Shown in pieces: positions 23,501-34,000 of a stretch of DNA of 37,018 bases. This DNA comes from Hydrurus foetidus (lineage: Eukaryota). How positions within the stretch are numbered: the stretch's first letter is position 1; each line of letters opens with the position of its first letter. The notes under the pieces were generated by a model. The model was not told the DNA's origin. It searched no databases and saw only the letters and a list, made by a program, of their open reading frames with translations. Where the stretch lies: the NCBI GenBank assembly GCA_900617105.1, contig UYFQ01000564.1, positions 1-37,018 of the forward strand, given 5' to 3'. A program made the position numbers and the translations under genes.

Positions 23501-26500
23501 TTCAAAACTTCCTATGAATAGTTTTTTTTAATAAAAACACTCTCTCGTAGTTACTTGACACTGCTGCTGTCATTTCTGTAGTCAAAATATTATGAAACGA
23601 TTTTTTTCAAGTTGATTTTCCCCTCCCTAATACATGCACTTTTTCGTTGGATTCAAACACGACTTTGAATGTATTTTGGAAGAATGTTAGAGGTTGCATC
23701 GAGTCAGAAATGGTCGAATTAGTCTCTGTGCATAAACATTAGACTTAAAACATAACGATATCAGAGATAACCTGTTTTCAGAGACAAATTTCGGTGTTTT
23801 CCGACAAAGAAAATGAGGAAAACACCGAAATTAATCAAAAGATTATAAGACGATATTGTTAGTCGGTCGCGTTGAGTCGCACACGACGCTCCGTCTGCGA
23901 CACGGATTGCACTCCACAGATTCGAAAACAATTCAAAAAACACGAAGCATAGCGCTGCAGTGACGAAGGGGACCGGTCTGCCACAGTATCTCGACCCAAG
24001 GTCTTCGTCGTCATCGCTTCCCCCCCCCTCCTTAACACCTTCCCCTCCGCAGCCGTCCCTATGGGAACCGGCGACAAGGGACCTAACTCAGGTAGTGGAA
24101 TAGAACCGGGAGCCGACAACCAGGCCACTCAACGAGGCCAAAGTCCAGGCCACAATTGGGGGATAACAGTCCCAGTGGGTTCCAAAACTAGAAACAGACC
24201 CAAAACTAGAAACAGCTAGGGCAGAACTCCGTTTCAAAACTTCCTATGAATAGTTTTTTTTAATAAAAACACTCTCTCGTAGTTACTTGACACTGCTGCT
24301 GTCATTTCTGTAGTCAAAATATTATGAAACGATTTTTTTCAAGTTGATTTTCCCCTCCCTAATACATGCACTTTTTCGTTGGATTCAAACACGACTTTGA
24401 ATGTATTTTGGAAGAATGTTAGAGGTTGCATCGAGTCAGAAATGGTCGAATTAGTCTCTGTGCATAAACATTAGACTTAAAACATAACGATATCAGAGAT
24501 AACCTGTTTTCAGAGACAAATTTCGGTGTTTTCCGACAAAGAAAATGAGGAAAACACCGAAATTAATCAAAAGATTATAAGATGATATTGTTAGTCGGTC
24601 GCGTTGAGTCGCACACGACGCTCCGTCTGCGACACGGATTGCACTCCACAGATTCGAAAACAATTCAAAAAACACGAAGCATAGCGCTGCAGTGACGAAG
24701 GGGACCGGTCTGCCACAGTATCTCGACCCAAGGTCTTCGTCGTCATCGCTTCCCCCCCCCTCCTTAACACCTTCCCCTCCGCAGCCGTCCCTATGGGAAC
24801 CGGCGACAAGGGACCTAACTCAGGTAGTGGAATAGAACCGGGAGCCGACAACCAGGCCACTCAACGAGGCCAAAGTCCAGGCCACAATTGGGGGATAACA
24901 GTCCCAGTGGGTTCCAAAACTAGAAACAGACCCAAAACTAGAAACAGCTAGGGCAGAACTCCGTTTCAAAACTTCCTATGAATAGTTTTTTTTAATAAAA
25001 ACACTCTCTCGTAGTTACTTGACACTGCTGCTGTCATTTCTGTAGTCAAAATATTATGAAACGATTTTTTTCAAGTTGATTTTCCCCTCCCTAATACATG
25101 CACTTTTTCGTTGGATTCAAACACGACTTTGAATGTATTTTGGAAGAATGTTAGAGGTTGCATCGAGTCAGAAATGGTCGAATTAGTCTCTGTGCATAAA
25201 CATTAGACTTAAAACATAACGATATCAGAGATAACCTGTTTTCAGAGACAAATTTCGGTGTTTTCCGACAAAGAAAATGAGGAAAACACCGAAATTAATC
25301 AAAAGATTATAAGACGATATTGTTAGTCGGTCGCGTTGAGTCGCACACGACGCTCCGTCTGCGACACGGATTGCACTCCACAGATTCGAAAACAATTCAA
25401 AAAACACGAAGCATAGCGCTGCAGTGACGAAGGGGACCGGTCTGCCACAGTATCTCGACCCAAGGTCTTCGTCGTCATCGCTTCCCCCCCCCTCCTTAAC
25501 ACCTTCCCCTCCGCAGCCGTCCCTATGGGAACCGGCGACAAGGGACCTAACTCAGGTAGTGGAATAGAACCGGGAGCCGACAACCAGGCCACTCAACGAG
25601 GCCAAAGTCCAGGCCACAATTGGGGGATAACAGTCCCAGTGGGTTCCAAAACTAGAAACAGACCCAAAACTAGAAACAGCTAGGGCAGAACTCCGTTTCA
25701 AAACTTCCTATGAATAGTTTTTTTTAATAAAAACACTCTCTCGTAGTTACTTGACACTGCTGCTGTCATTTCTGTAGTCAAAATATTATGAAACGATTTT
25801 TTTCAAGTTGATTTTCCCCTCCCTAATACATGCACTTTTTCGTTGGATTCAAACACGACTTTGAATGTATTTTGGAAGAATGTTAGAGGTTACATCGAGT
25901 CAGAAATGGTCGAATTAGTCTCTGTGCATAAACATTAGACTTAAAACATAACGATATCAGAGATAACCTGTTTTCAGAGACAAATTTCGGTGTTTTCCGA
26001 CAAAGAAAATGAGGAAAACACCGAAATTAATCAAAAGATTATAAGACGATATTGTTAGTCGGTCGCGTTGAGTCGCACACGACGCTCCGTCTGCGACACG
26101 GATTGCACTCCACAGATTCGAAAACAATTCAAAAAACACGAAGCATAGCGCTGCAGTGACGAAGGGGACCGGTCTGCCACAGTATCTCGACCCAAGGTCT
26201 TCGTCGTCATCGCTTCCCCCCCCCTCCTTAACACCTTCCCCTCCGCAGCCGTCCCTATGGGAACCGGCGACAAGGGACCTAACTCAGGTAGTGGAATAGA
26301 ACCGGGAGCCGACAACCAGGCCACTCAACGAGGCCAAAGTCCAGGCCACAATTGGGGGATAACAGTCCCAGTGGGTTCCAAAACTAGAAACAGACCCAAA
26401 ACTAGAAACAGCTAGGGCAGAACTCCGTTTCAAAACTTCCTATGAATAGTTTTTTTTAATAAAAACACTCTCTCGTAGTTACTTGACACTGCTGCTGTCA

Positions 26501-26776
26501 TTTCTGTAGTCAAAATATTATGAAACGATTTTTTTCAAGTTGATTTTCCCCTCCCTAATACATGCACTTTTTCGTTGGATTCAAACACGACTTTGAATGT
26601 ATTTTGGAAGAATGTTAGAGGTTGCATCGAGTCAGAAATGGTCGAATTAGTCTCTGTGCATAAACATTAGACTTAAAACATAACGATATCAGAGATAACC
26701 TGTTTTCAGAGACAAATTTCGGTGTTTTCCGACAAAGAAAATGAGGAAAACACCGAAATTAATCAAAAGATTATAA
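8600..26776 (+). repeat. Tandem array (macrosatellite) of a 727-732-bp MITE-derived unit: 24 full periods, a degenerate partial first unit and the terminal copy
   Basis: CCAGTGGGTTCCAAAACTAG recurs 25 times from 8829 to 26368. The period differences trace to one C-run, and very few substitutions were seen. Confidence 0.98.
9176..9221. other. 16-bp perfect inverted repeat with 14-nt loop, present in every full array unit (first full copy given)
   Basis: AATTTCGGTGTTTTCC-gacaaagaaaatga-GGAAAACACCGAAATT. Confidence 0.9.
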
Positions 26777-27006
26777 TCTCTGTTTCGGTCGCGTTCAGTC
26801 AAAGTCGTGTTTGAATTCAATAAAAAAGAGAATCGAAAATCAACTTAAAAAATTCTTCTCATAAAATTTTGTGTTCAGAAATGGAAGCAGCGGAATCAAC
26901 TACGAGAACGTTTTTTGTTAAAAACTATTCATAGGAAGTTTTGAAACGGAGTTCTGCCATAGCTGTTTCTAGTTTTGGGTCTGTTTCTAGTTTTGGAACC
27001 CACTGG
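26368..27006. mobile_element. Complete 639-bp non-autonomous TIR element (MITE/foldback-like), superfamily unassigned, apparent 4-bp TSD AGTC
   Basis: Left arm 26368-26596 and right arm 26799-27006 are inverted. The outer ~85 bp match with one mismatch seen, and the inner parts are degenerate. Each arm carries two copies of CCAAAACTAGAAACAG. AGTC lies at 26364-26367 and 27007-27010. Confidence 0.88.
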
Positions 27007-27031
27007 AGTCGAAACATACAAAACATTAAAT

Positions 27032-27067
27032 CCTCAAAACACCTGTTTTCCTCAAAACACCTGTTTT
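27032..27067 (+). repeat. 18-bp tandem duplication in the Harbinger subterminal region
   Basis: CCTCAAAACACCTGTTTT occurs twice in tandem. Confidence 0.85.
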
Positions 27068-27238
27068 TTTTAAAAACACCTCAAGGTATCCTCAGTCTTT
27101 TTCGACGCCGATTTCAAAATCCTCGTTTTGCAGACAAGGATCTGAGGAGCTCCAGCGAAGATACTGCCAATCGTCAAAAACACCAGTCACAGCTCACAAA
27201 CACTACCAAAGACACGAGCAGTGCACATAGTGAACAGA

Positions 27239-28486
27239 ATGGACGATATTGTTCCAGTAGACGTTGCTGTAGAAGCAAATGAGCCGATTGAGGCTCTTCC
27301 TGTCCTCGCTGACAATTTGCATCTAGCGATGACTGGCGTTGCGCTGCTACAGTACTTGCAGGCACTTCTTCCTGGCAGAGCTGCAAAGAATCAAGGATAC
27401 AGCTACAACAGAGTTCTCAAAGTCCTGAACAATAGTGGACACTTGCCAGCTGACTTTGGGAATTCCTACGGCATAATGAAACCTCAGCAGCGTCTGCAGC
27501 TTCATGGAATATTGCAAAATCTGAGTACAGAGTCGCACGGGACGGATCTTTTCGAGAAACTAAAAGACGCAATCGCGAACAAGGCGGAAACAACCGATTC
27601 CATCAAGGATAATGAATTAGAGGGTGGTGTAGTCGTGAATCGCTGGGCGTTAATGATAGAGTTCTACGTCCATCCATCCTCTAGAGATGAATTGACTAGG
27701 TACTTCACGAAATTGATATCTGATGAAAGACCCGCTGTCCTGACTGATGGCATCGCCAATTACAAAAAGGACCTGGTCACTGAGCTTATGCGGATTTGTA
27801 TGGAAGAAGTCGCACCCAATGTCAGAAATTGCTTCGTAGAGAACTGGCCTGTATTGTCATCTATTCATCCGGAGAATGGAGGATTTTCATCGCCGGACAT
27901 TTTTTTGCAATTACTGGGTGAAGTCCGTAGCTCGTTTGACGCGCTTAAGTCGAATCTCTCAAAATCTGGTACTCAGGAGAGTGGTGCTATATTGGACTCA
28001 ACAGCATTCGAATTTTGTAAGTACGGCCAGCGCACTTGCAAGCTAAATCACTTCTACTTGTGGCTGAAGTGGAAGGATGCAGATGTTCTGTTTCTCTCCA
28101 ACAATCTGACGGCAGGCGTCGCAGCTGATGGTAACGTAAGCACACCTTACGTCAGGGCTAAATCAACAGAAATAGGATCGGGCAAGTTAAGCTATTCGGA
28201 GAGGAAAGCAGCTAAGGCCTCCCATTTAGAGAAAATGGTTGGATCCAGAGGCAAAACGGTCGCTGAAGCCTTCCTATCTCTTCCATCCAACTCATCAAGT
28301 GACAGTAGCAGCAGCGCTCGCACTGCTGCATACATCGCGAAAGAAGAACAGATTACATCAGCGCTATCTCTAAAGCGCCTGCGTGACACGATAGAGGCTT
28401 CATCATTCAGCAACTTTTCTCCCGACACTAAAACCAGAATCAAGGACAAATATAAGCAAGAAGTGATGAAGACATTTTTTGAATAG
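27239..28486 (+). CDS. Harbinger accessory protein (putative divergent Myb/SANT-like DNA-binding partner), 415 aa from the first ATG
   Basis: Long intact ORF convergent with the transposase, with the stop codons 21 bp apart. This is the two-gene layout known for Harbingers. A canonical Myb tryptophan pattern was not recognised, so the function is inferred from position. Confidence 0.7.
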   Translation: MDDIVPVDVAVEANEPIEALPVLADNLHLAMTGVALLQYLQALLPGRAAKNQGYSYNRVLKVLNNSGHLPADFGNSYGIMKPQQRLQLHGILQNLSTESHGTDLFEKLKDAIANKAETTDSIKDNELEGGVVVNRWALMIEFYVHPSSRDELTRYFTKLISDERPAVLTDGIANYKKDLVTELMRICMEEVAPNVRNCFVENWPVLSSIHPENGGFSSPDIFLQLLGEVRSSFDALKSNLSKSGTQESGAILDSTAFEFCKYGQRTCKLNHFYLWLKWKDADVLFLSNNLTAGVAADGNVSTPYVRAKSTEIGSGKLSYSERKAAKASHLEKMVGSRGKTVAEAFLSLPSNSSSDSSSSARTAAYIAKEEQITSALSLKRLRDTIEASSFSNFSPDTKTRIKDKYKQEVMKTFFE

Positions 28487-28507
28487 TTACTATCAACTCT
28501 GACATAT

Positions 28508-29872
28508 TTAAAGAATAATAGGTAGTCCCACCAAATCATTTTCTGAAGTTATTCTCAAGCCACAATCCCATATCTTTTCTGTCATGCTATTTCTTAAATC
28601 ACTAACGGCAGCTCTTGTACTTATTTCAGAGTATCTATTATTTAAACGCTGTGAAACTTCTAAGTCTGATGGTCTGCGATTTTTTATACCGTCGTGAAGT
28701 GGAATATCTTCTTCGGTACCAAGTATGTCGACATTGTTGTGACGACCATTGATGATCCATCTGTCGACACACAAATTATGAAGTTTTGCGCAGACAAGAA
28801 CAATGACAGAAACATTTTGAAGATGTGAGCTATTAGCACACCATAATATACCCCATCGCCTTACAAGCTGGCCAAAAGCCCTTTCTATGCTAATTCTCTG
28901 TGACGATAATGCATGGTTGAATGTGCGCATCTGATAGTACAGTGTATTTGTACCTATCCCATATGCCCTAGGTAGCTGATGTTGCGAGAAAGGTGTCAGG
29001 TATCTGCCACCGCACGAGCTGTACGCCTCATCCAACAAGAATGACACCCAGTCGGGTATCGTGCCATTTGTAGCAGCTATGTACAGATCAGTCTGTTTGT
29101 ACGCTATGATATCATTTGTTGCGCCGGGCCATCCCACATTGAAGTACCAGAATTTCGTAAATGCTCCACAGAAAGCTTGTACGAGCAAAGCAAAAAATCC
29201 CTTTCGATTCATGTAATTTTTTGAGGGCTTCCCATTTAAATCAGATGCTACGGGCTCAACAATCTGAATAACAAGTCCATCTCCAGCACCGCATATCCCA
29301 CCAAGTATTTCGTCACCCATAGAACCATGCTTCTTCCTTAGCACGCCTCGGAACTGCTCTGCTTCATGAATCCACGCCGTTTCTGTAGGTGGTATGATTA
29401 TGTTATTTAGTTCGCTGTTGATTGCCTTCACGCAGTCTATAACCAGCTCGTGGACGTGGTCAACATGTACTCGATACCAGATCATATCCAAGTATTTAGC
29501 TCCAGCTAAGATCCTTAAGGTAATCATCAACCGTAACTCAGGACAGATGGAAGAACCCGAACTAGCTATTGCTCTGACTTCGTTCCGAACAATGAGTGGT
29601 GCGATTTTGTGAAGTACGAATCCGAAATCATCCCTGCATAGTCGAAATTGACGTTGGAACATGTCATCGTCCCATGACCGGACGTATTGTAAGGCTTCTC
29701 GACGGTCGCTTCTGCTGTTTCCTATCCGAGGAGGCTCTAACAGGATGGTTTGAGCGAGAAGCGTCGTCGTAATCACAGTCAGTAGAGCGAGCTTCCTGAA
29801 ATCTTCCTCAGAGTAACTAAAATTGTTCTGATTGTCACTGTCGTAGTCGGAACCGTTGCCATCATCGCTCAT
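28508..29872 (-). CDS. PIF/Harbinger (HARBI1-like, DDE_Tnp_4-type) transposase, 454 aa from the first ATG
   Basis: Motifs FQRQFRL, ELRLMITLRILA, GAGDGLVIQI, YMNRKGFFALLVQAFC, GWPGATND, LLDEAY, FNHALSSQRISIERAFGQLVRRWGIL and CAKLHNLC. Confidence 0.95.
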   Translation of the reverse strand: MSDDGNGSDYDSDNQNNFSYSEEDFRKLALLTVITTTLLAQTILLEPPRIGNSRSDRREALQYVRSWDDDMFQRQFRLCRDDFGFVLHKIAPLIVRNEVRAIASSGSSICPELRLMITLRILAGAKYLDMIWYRVHVDHVHELVIDCVKAINSELNNIIIPPTETAWIHEAEQFRGVLRKKHGSMGDEILGGICGAGDGLVIQIVEPVASDLNGKPSKNYMNRKGFFALLVQAFCGAFTKFWYFNVGWPGATNDIIAYKQTDLYIAATNGTIPDWVSFLLDEAYSSCGGRYLTPFSQHQLPRAYGIGTNTLYYQMRTFNHALSSQRISIERAFGQLVRRWGILWCANSSHLQNVSVIVLVCAKLHNLCVDRWIINGRHNNVDILGTEEDIPLHDGIKNRRPSDLEVSQRLNNRYSEISTRAAVSDLRNSMTEKIWDCGLRITSENDLVGLPIIL

Positions 29873-30490
29873 CACGACAAGTTGAAAAGAATCTGAAAAG
29901 ACGTTGCTCGGTGGATTCCGTTTGGTATGTCTCTCGAAAGTATGATCGAGGATCACTTGGTATGATTATTTGTATGGGCAAGTTTTGAATAGTTTTGAGA
30001 AATCCTCGGTACACCGTGTTCTGAGGATTGATGATCAGAGATTATTTTTTTGTATGGAGGCACTGTAAACCTTTATGGTGGTTCCACCTCTAGATATGGC
30101 GTGCCAAAGGTGTTTTTATTATTTTCACCGTTTTCCCAAAATTCCCGAACTTCATTCTTCGGTTCCTGTACCTGGGAAAAGACTTCACTCTTCACTCTCA
30201 CTTCTGACTTCTCACTTCTCACTTCGCACACTTCTCAATCATCTTTCGTGGCAGATTTCTGTTGGACTTTAGAATAGGTTGCACTGCCGCTGGAATCTGG
30301 ACCACTAAATCAGCTATGGTACGATCAATGGTGATGATTTTGTCCAATTTTGAGTCCAGTTTTGAGTGCATGACTGTATGGTGTGCCTCCACGCTTCCGA
30401 AACTTTTTAATCGGCTGCCCAACCAAGCCATGAAGCAGCTGGCTTGCATTCATTCATTTCTGAACTTCATAACATGTTTTCTTTGTCTAG

Positions 30491-30946
30491 CCGGTAGGAC
30501 GACCAGTCATTTTGATTGATCTAGAGTTCATCCTGAACCACAGAAGAGCTGGAATGCCATGGGCAGATATTGGCAACCTGCTGAACGTTTCCAGGAGTAA
30601 ATTTACTCAATGGAGACATGCAAACGCAGCAGAGGTTGCTTTTTATTTCCTGTACCGTTCACTTTAATTTTGACTTTCTTATGTGCAAAGGCCGTGTTAT
30701 TCATATTTTTTTTACTCTCCTCCCTAATTAGTTGGGGTGCGCCGAGCACACAGAGGAATCTCTGGATGTTTTGGTCGCTGACTATACCCAAAACCATCCT
30801 TCTCGTGGAGAGAGGATGGTTTTGGGTATGATTCGAGCTGTGTCGGATCAAACATTTACGCGAGCTCAGGTTCGTGCCTCAATTTTGAGGACTGATGAGG
30901 GTGGTCTTCATCAGCGGAGAGTTGCATTCCTCCGTCGTCTCCGAAG
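30491..30946 (+). CDS. Two spliced exons (30491-30634, 30732-30946) encoding the N-terminal GRP/HTH region of an integrase-core-type (IS3/IS481-related) eukaryotic transposase; catalytic core not in the window
   Basis: The joined translation is PVGRPVILIDLEFILNHRRAGMPWADIGNLLNVSRSKFTQWRHANAAE|LGCAEHTEESLDVLVADYTQNHPSRGERMVLGMIRAVSDQTFTRAQVRASILRTDEGGLHQRRVAFLRRLR. The 97-bp phase-0 GT..AG intron has a pyrimidine tract. An acceptor AG lies at 30489-30490 and a donor AG|GTAATT at 30947. Confidence 0.7.
30784..30829. other. 17-bp perfect inverted repeat inside the second exon
   Basis: ATACCCAAAACCATCCT-tctcgtggagag-AGGATGGTTTTGGGTAT. Confidence 0.88.
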
Positions 30947-31086
30947 GTAATTAACTACTTAAAACGAATCTCTATCTAATAAACCTACTTCCACGAATAA
31001 TAGAGAGAAATGCCTCGATTAGACAAATTTTTGAAAGTGAATATATATGTTTTTGTAAAGTGAAGATGTGACTTAATTTGTTGCAA

Positions 31087-34000
31087 GATATATTACCGTG
31101 TAAAATATTAAAAAAATATTATTATGCTTCAACACTTGCTGCATTCCACCATACAATTCAATTGCATTTTAATCATTGTTAGTCCACATTGACAATTTTA
31201 CTATGTGATATAAAATGTGTATTTTATTGTATGCGTAATGTTCCACCGAATTTAACCGTATTTACTGTATGATGTTTCCCCGTATCCCCTGTATGATATA
31301 TTACCGTGTAAAATATTAAAAAAATATTATTATGCTTCAACACTTGCTGCATTCCACCATACAATTCAATTGCATTTTAATCATTGTTAGTCCACATTGA
31401 CAATTTTACTATGTGATATAAAATGTGTATTTTATTGTATGCGTAATGTTCCACCGAATTTAACCGTATTTACTGTATGATGTTTCCCCGTATCCCCTGT
31501 ATGATATATTACCGTGTAAAATATTAAAAAATATTATTATGCTTCAACACTTGCTGCATTCCACCATACAATTCAATTGCATTTTAATCATTGTTAGTCC
31601 ACATTGACAATTTTACTATGTGATATAAAATGTGTATTTTATTGTATGCGTAATGTTCCACCGAATTTAACCGTATTTACTGTATGATGTTTCCCCGTAT
31701 CCCCTGTATGATATATTACCGTGTAAAATATTAAAAAATATTATTATGCTTCAACACTTGCTGCATTCCACCATACAATTCAATTGCATTTTAATCATTG
31801 TTAGTCCACATTGACAATTTTACTATGTGATATAAAATGTGTATTTTATTGTATGCGTAATGTTCCACCGAATTTAACCGTATTTACTGTATGATGTTTC
31901 CCCGTATCCCCTGTATGATATATTACCGTGTAAAATATTAAAAAATATTATTATGCTTCAACACTTGCTGCATTCCACCATACAATTCAATTGCATTTTA
32001 ATCATTGTTAGTCCACATTGACAATTTTACTATGTGATATAAAATGTGTATTTTATTGTATGCGTAATGTTCCACCGAATTTAACCGTATTTACTGTATG
32101 ATGTTTCCCCGTATCCCTGTATGATATATTACCGTGTAAAATATTAAAAAAATATTATTATGCTTCAACACTTGCTGCATTCCACCATACAATTCAATTG
32201 CATTTTAATCATTGTTAGTCCACATTGACAATTTTACTATGTGATATAAAATGTGTATTTTATTGTATGCGTAATGTTCCACCGAATTAACCGTATTTAC
32301 TGTATGATGTTTCCCCGTATCCCCTGTATGATATATTACCGTGTAAAATATTAAAAAATATTATTATGCTTCAACACTTGCTGCATTCCACCATACAATT
32401 CAATTGCATTTTAATCATTGTTAGTCCACATTGACAATTTTACTATGTGATATAAAATGTGTATTTTATTGTATGCGTAATGTTCCACCGAATTTAACCG
32501 TATTTACTGTATGATGTTTCCCCGTATCCCCTGTATGATATATTACCGTGTAAAATATTAAAAAAATATTATTATGCTTCAACACTTGCTGCATTCCACC
32601 ATACAATTCAATTGCATTTTAATCATTGTTAGTCCACATTGACAATTTTACTATGTGATATAAAATGTGTATTTTATTGTATGCGTAATGTTCCACCGAA
32701 TTTAACCGTATTTACTGTATGATGTTTCCCCGTATCCCCTGTATGATATATTACCGTGTAAAATATTAAAAAATATTATTATGCTTCAACACTTGCTGCA
32801 TTCCACCATACAATTCAATTGCATTTTAATCATTGTTAGTCCACATTGACAATTTTACTATGTGATATAAAATGTGTATTTTATTGTATGCGTAATGTTC
32901 CACCGAATTTAACCGTATTTACTGTATGATGTTTCCCCGTATCCCCTGTATGATATATTACCGTGTAAAATATTAAAAAAATATTATTATGCTTCAACAC
33001 TTGCTGCATTCCACCATACAATTCAATTGCATTTTAATCATTGTTAGTCCACATTGACAATTTTACTATGTGATATAAAATGTGTATTTTATTGTATGCG
33101 TAATGTTCCACCGAATTTAACCGTATTTACTGTATGATGTTTCCCCGTATCCCTGTATGATATATTACCGTGTAAAATATTAAAAAAATATTATTATGCT
33201 TCAACACTTGCTGCATTCCACCATACAATTCAATTGCATTTTAATCATTGTTAGTCCACATTGACAATTTTACTATGTGATATAAAATGTGTATTTTATT
33301 GTATGCGTAATGTTCCACCGAATTTAACCGTATTTACTGTATGATGTTTCCCCGTATCCCTGTATGATATATTACCGTGTAAAATATTAAAAAATATTAT
33401 TATGCTTCAACACTTGCTGCATTCCACCATACAATTCAATTGCATTTTAATCATTGTTAGTCCACATTGACAATTTTACTATGTGATATAAAATGTGTAT
33501 TTTATTGTATGCGTAATGTTCCACCGAACTTAACCGTATTTACTGTATGATGTTTCCCCGTATCCCTGTATGATATATTACCGTGTAAAATATTAAAAAA
33601 TATTATTATGCTTCAACACTTGCTGCATTCCACCATACAATTCAATTGCATTTTAATCATTGTTAGTCCACATTGACAATTTTACTATGTGATATAAAAT
33701 GTGTATTTTATTGTATGCGTAATGTTCCACCGAATTTAACCGTATTTACTGTATGATGTTTCCCCGTATCCCCTGTATGATATATTACCGTGTAAAATAT
33801 TAAAAAATATTATTATGCTTCAACACTTGCTGCATTCCACCATACAATTCAATTGCATTTTAATCATTGTTAGTCCACATTGACAATTTTACTATGTGAT
33901 ATAAAATGTGTATTTTATTGTATGCGTAATGTTCCACCGAATTTAACCGTATTTACTGTATGATGTTTCCCCGTATCCCCTGTATGATATATTACCGTGT

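Larger units (their letters stand above)
26357..30071. mobile_element. PIF/Harbinger DNA transposon (two convergent ORFs); ends tentative, left end apparently interrupted by the MITE
   Basis: Harbinger-type DDE transposase plus a tail-to-tail partner ORF. The reconstructed left end matches the reverse complement of 30048-30071 at 17 of 24 positions. ATCCTCR motifs cluster at both ends. Confidence 0.75.

Noticed and set aside
9150..26324. Repeated 60-121-aa ORFs in each array unit (MFFELF..., MAWLSAP..., MTKGTG...)
   Set aside because: They have non-ATG starts, their frames change with C-run length, they show no recognisable domain, and they recur only because the DNA is repeated.
26368..27006. 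MITE arms as the TIRs of the Harbinger
   Set aside because: Both arms lie on the same side of the transposase, and the 4-bp AGTC duplication does not fit Harbinger's 3-bp TWA.
26941..27282. 113-aa ORF
   Set aside because: It starts at TTG inside the right TIR and reads through subterminal repeats, so it is not protein-like.
30050..30519. Short ORFs as the first exon of the spliced gene
   Set aside because: No convincing start/donor combination or motif could be identified.
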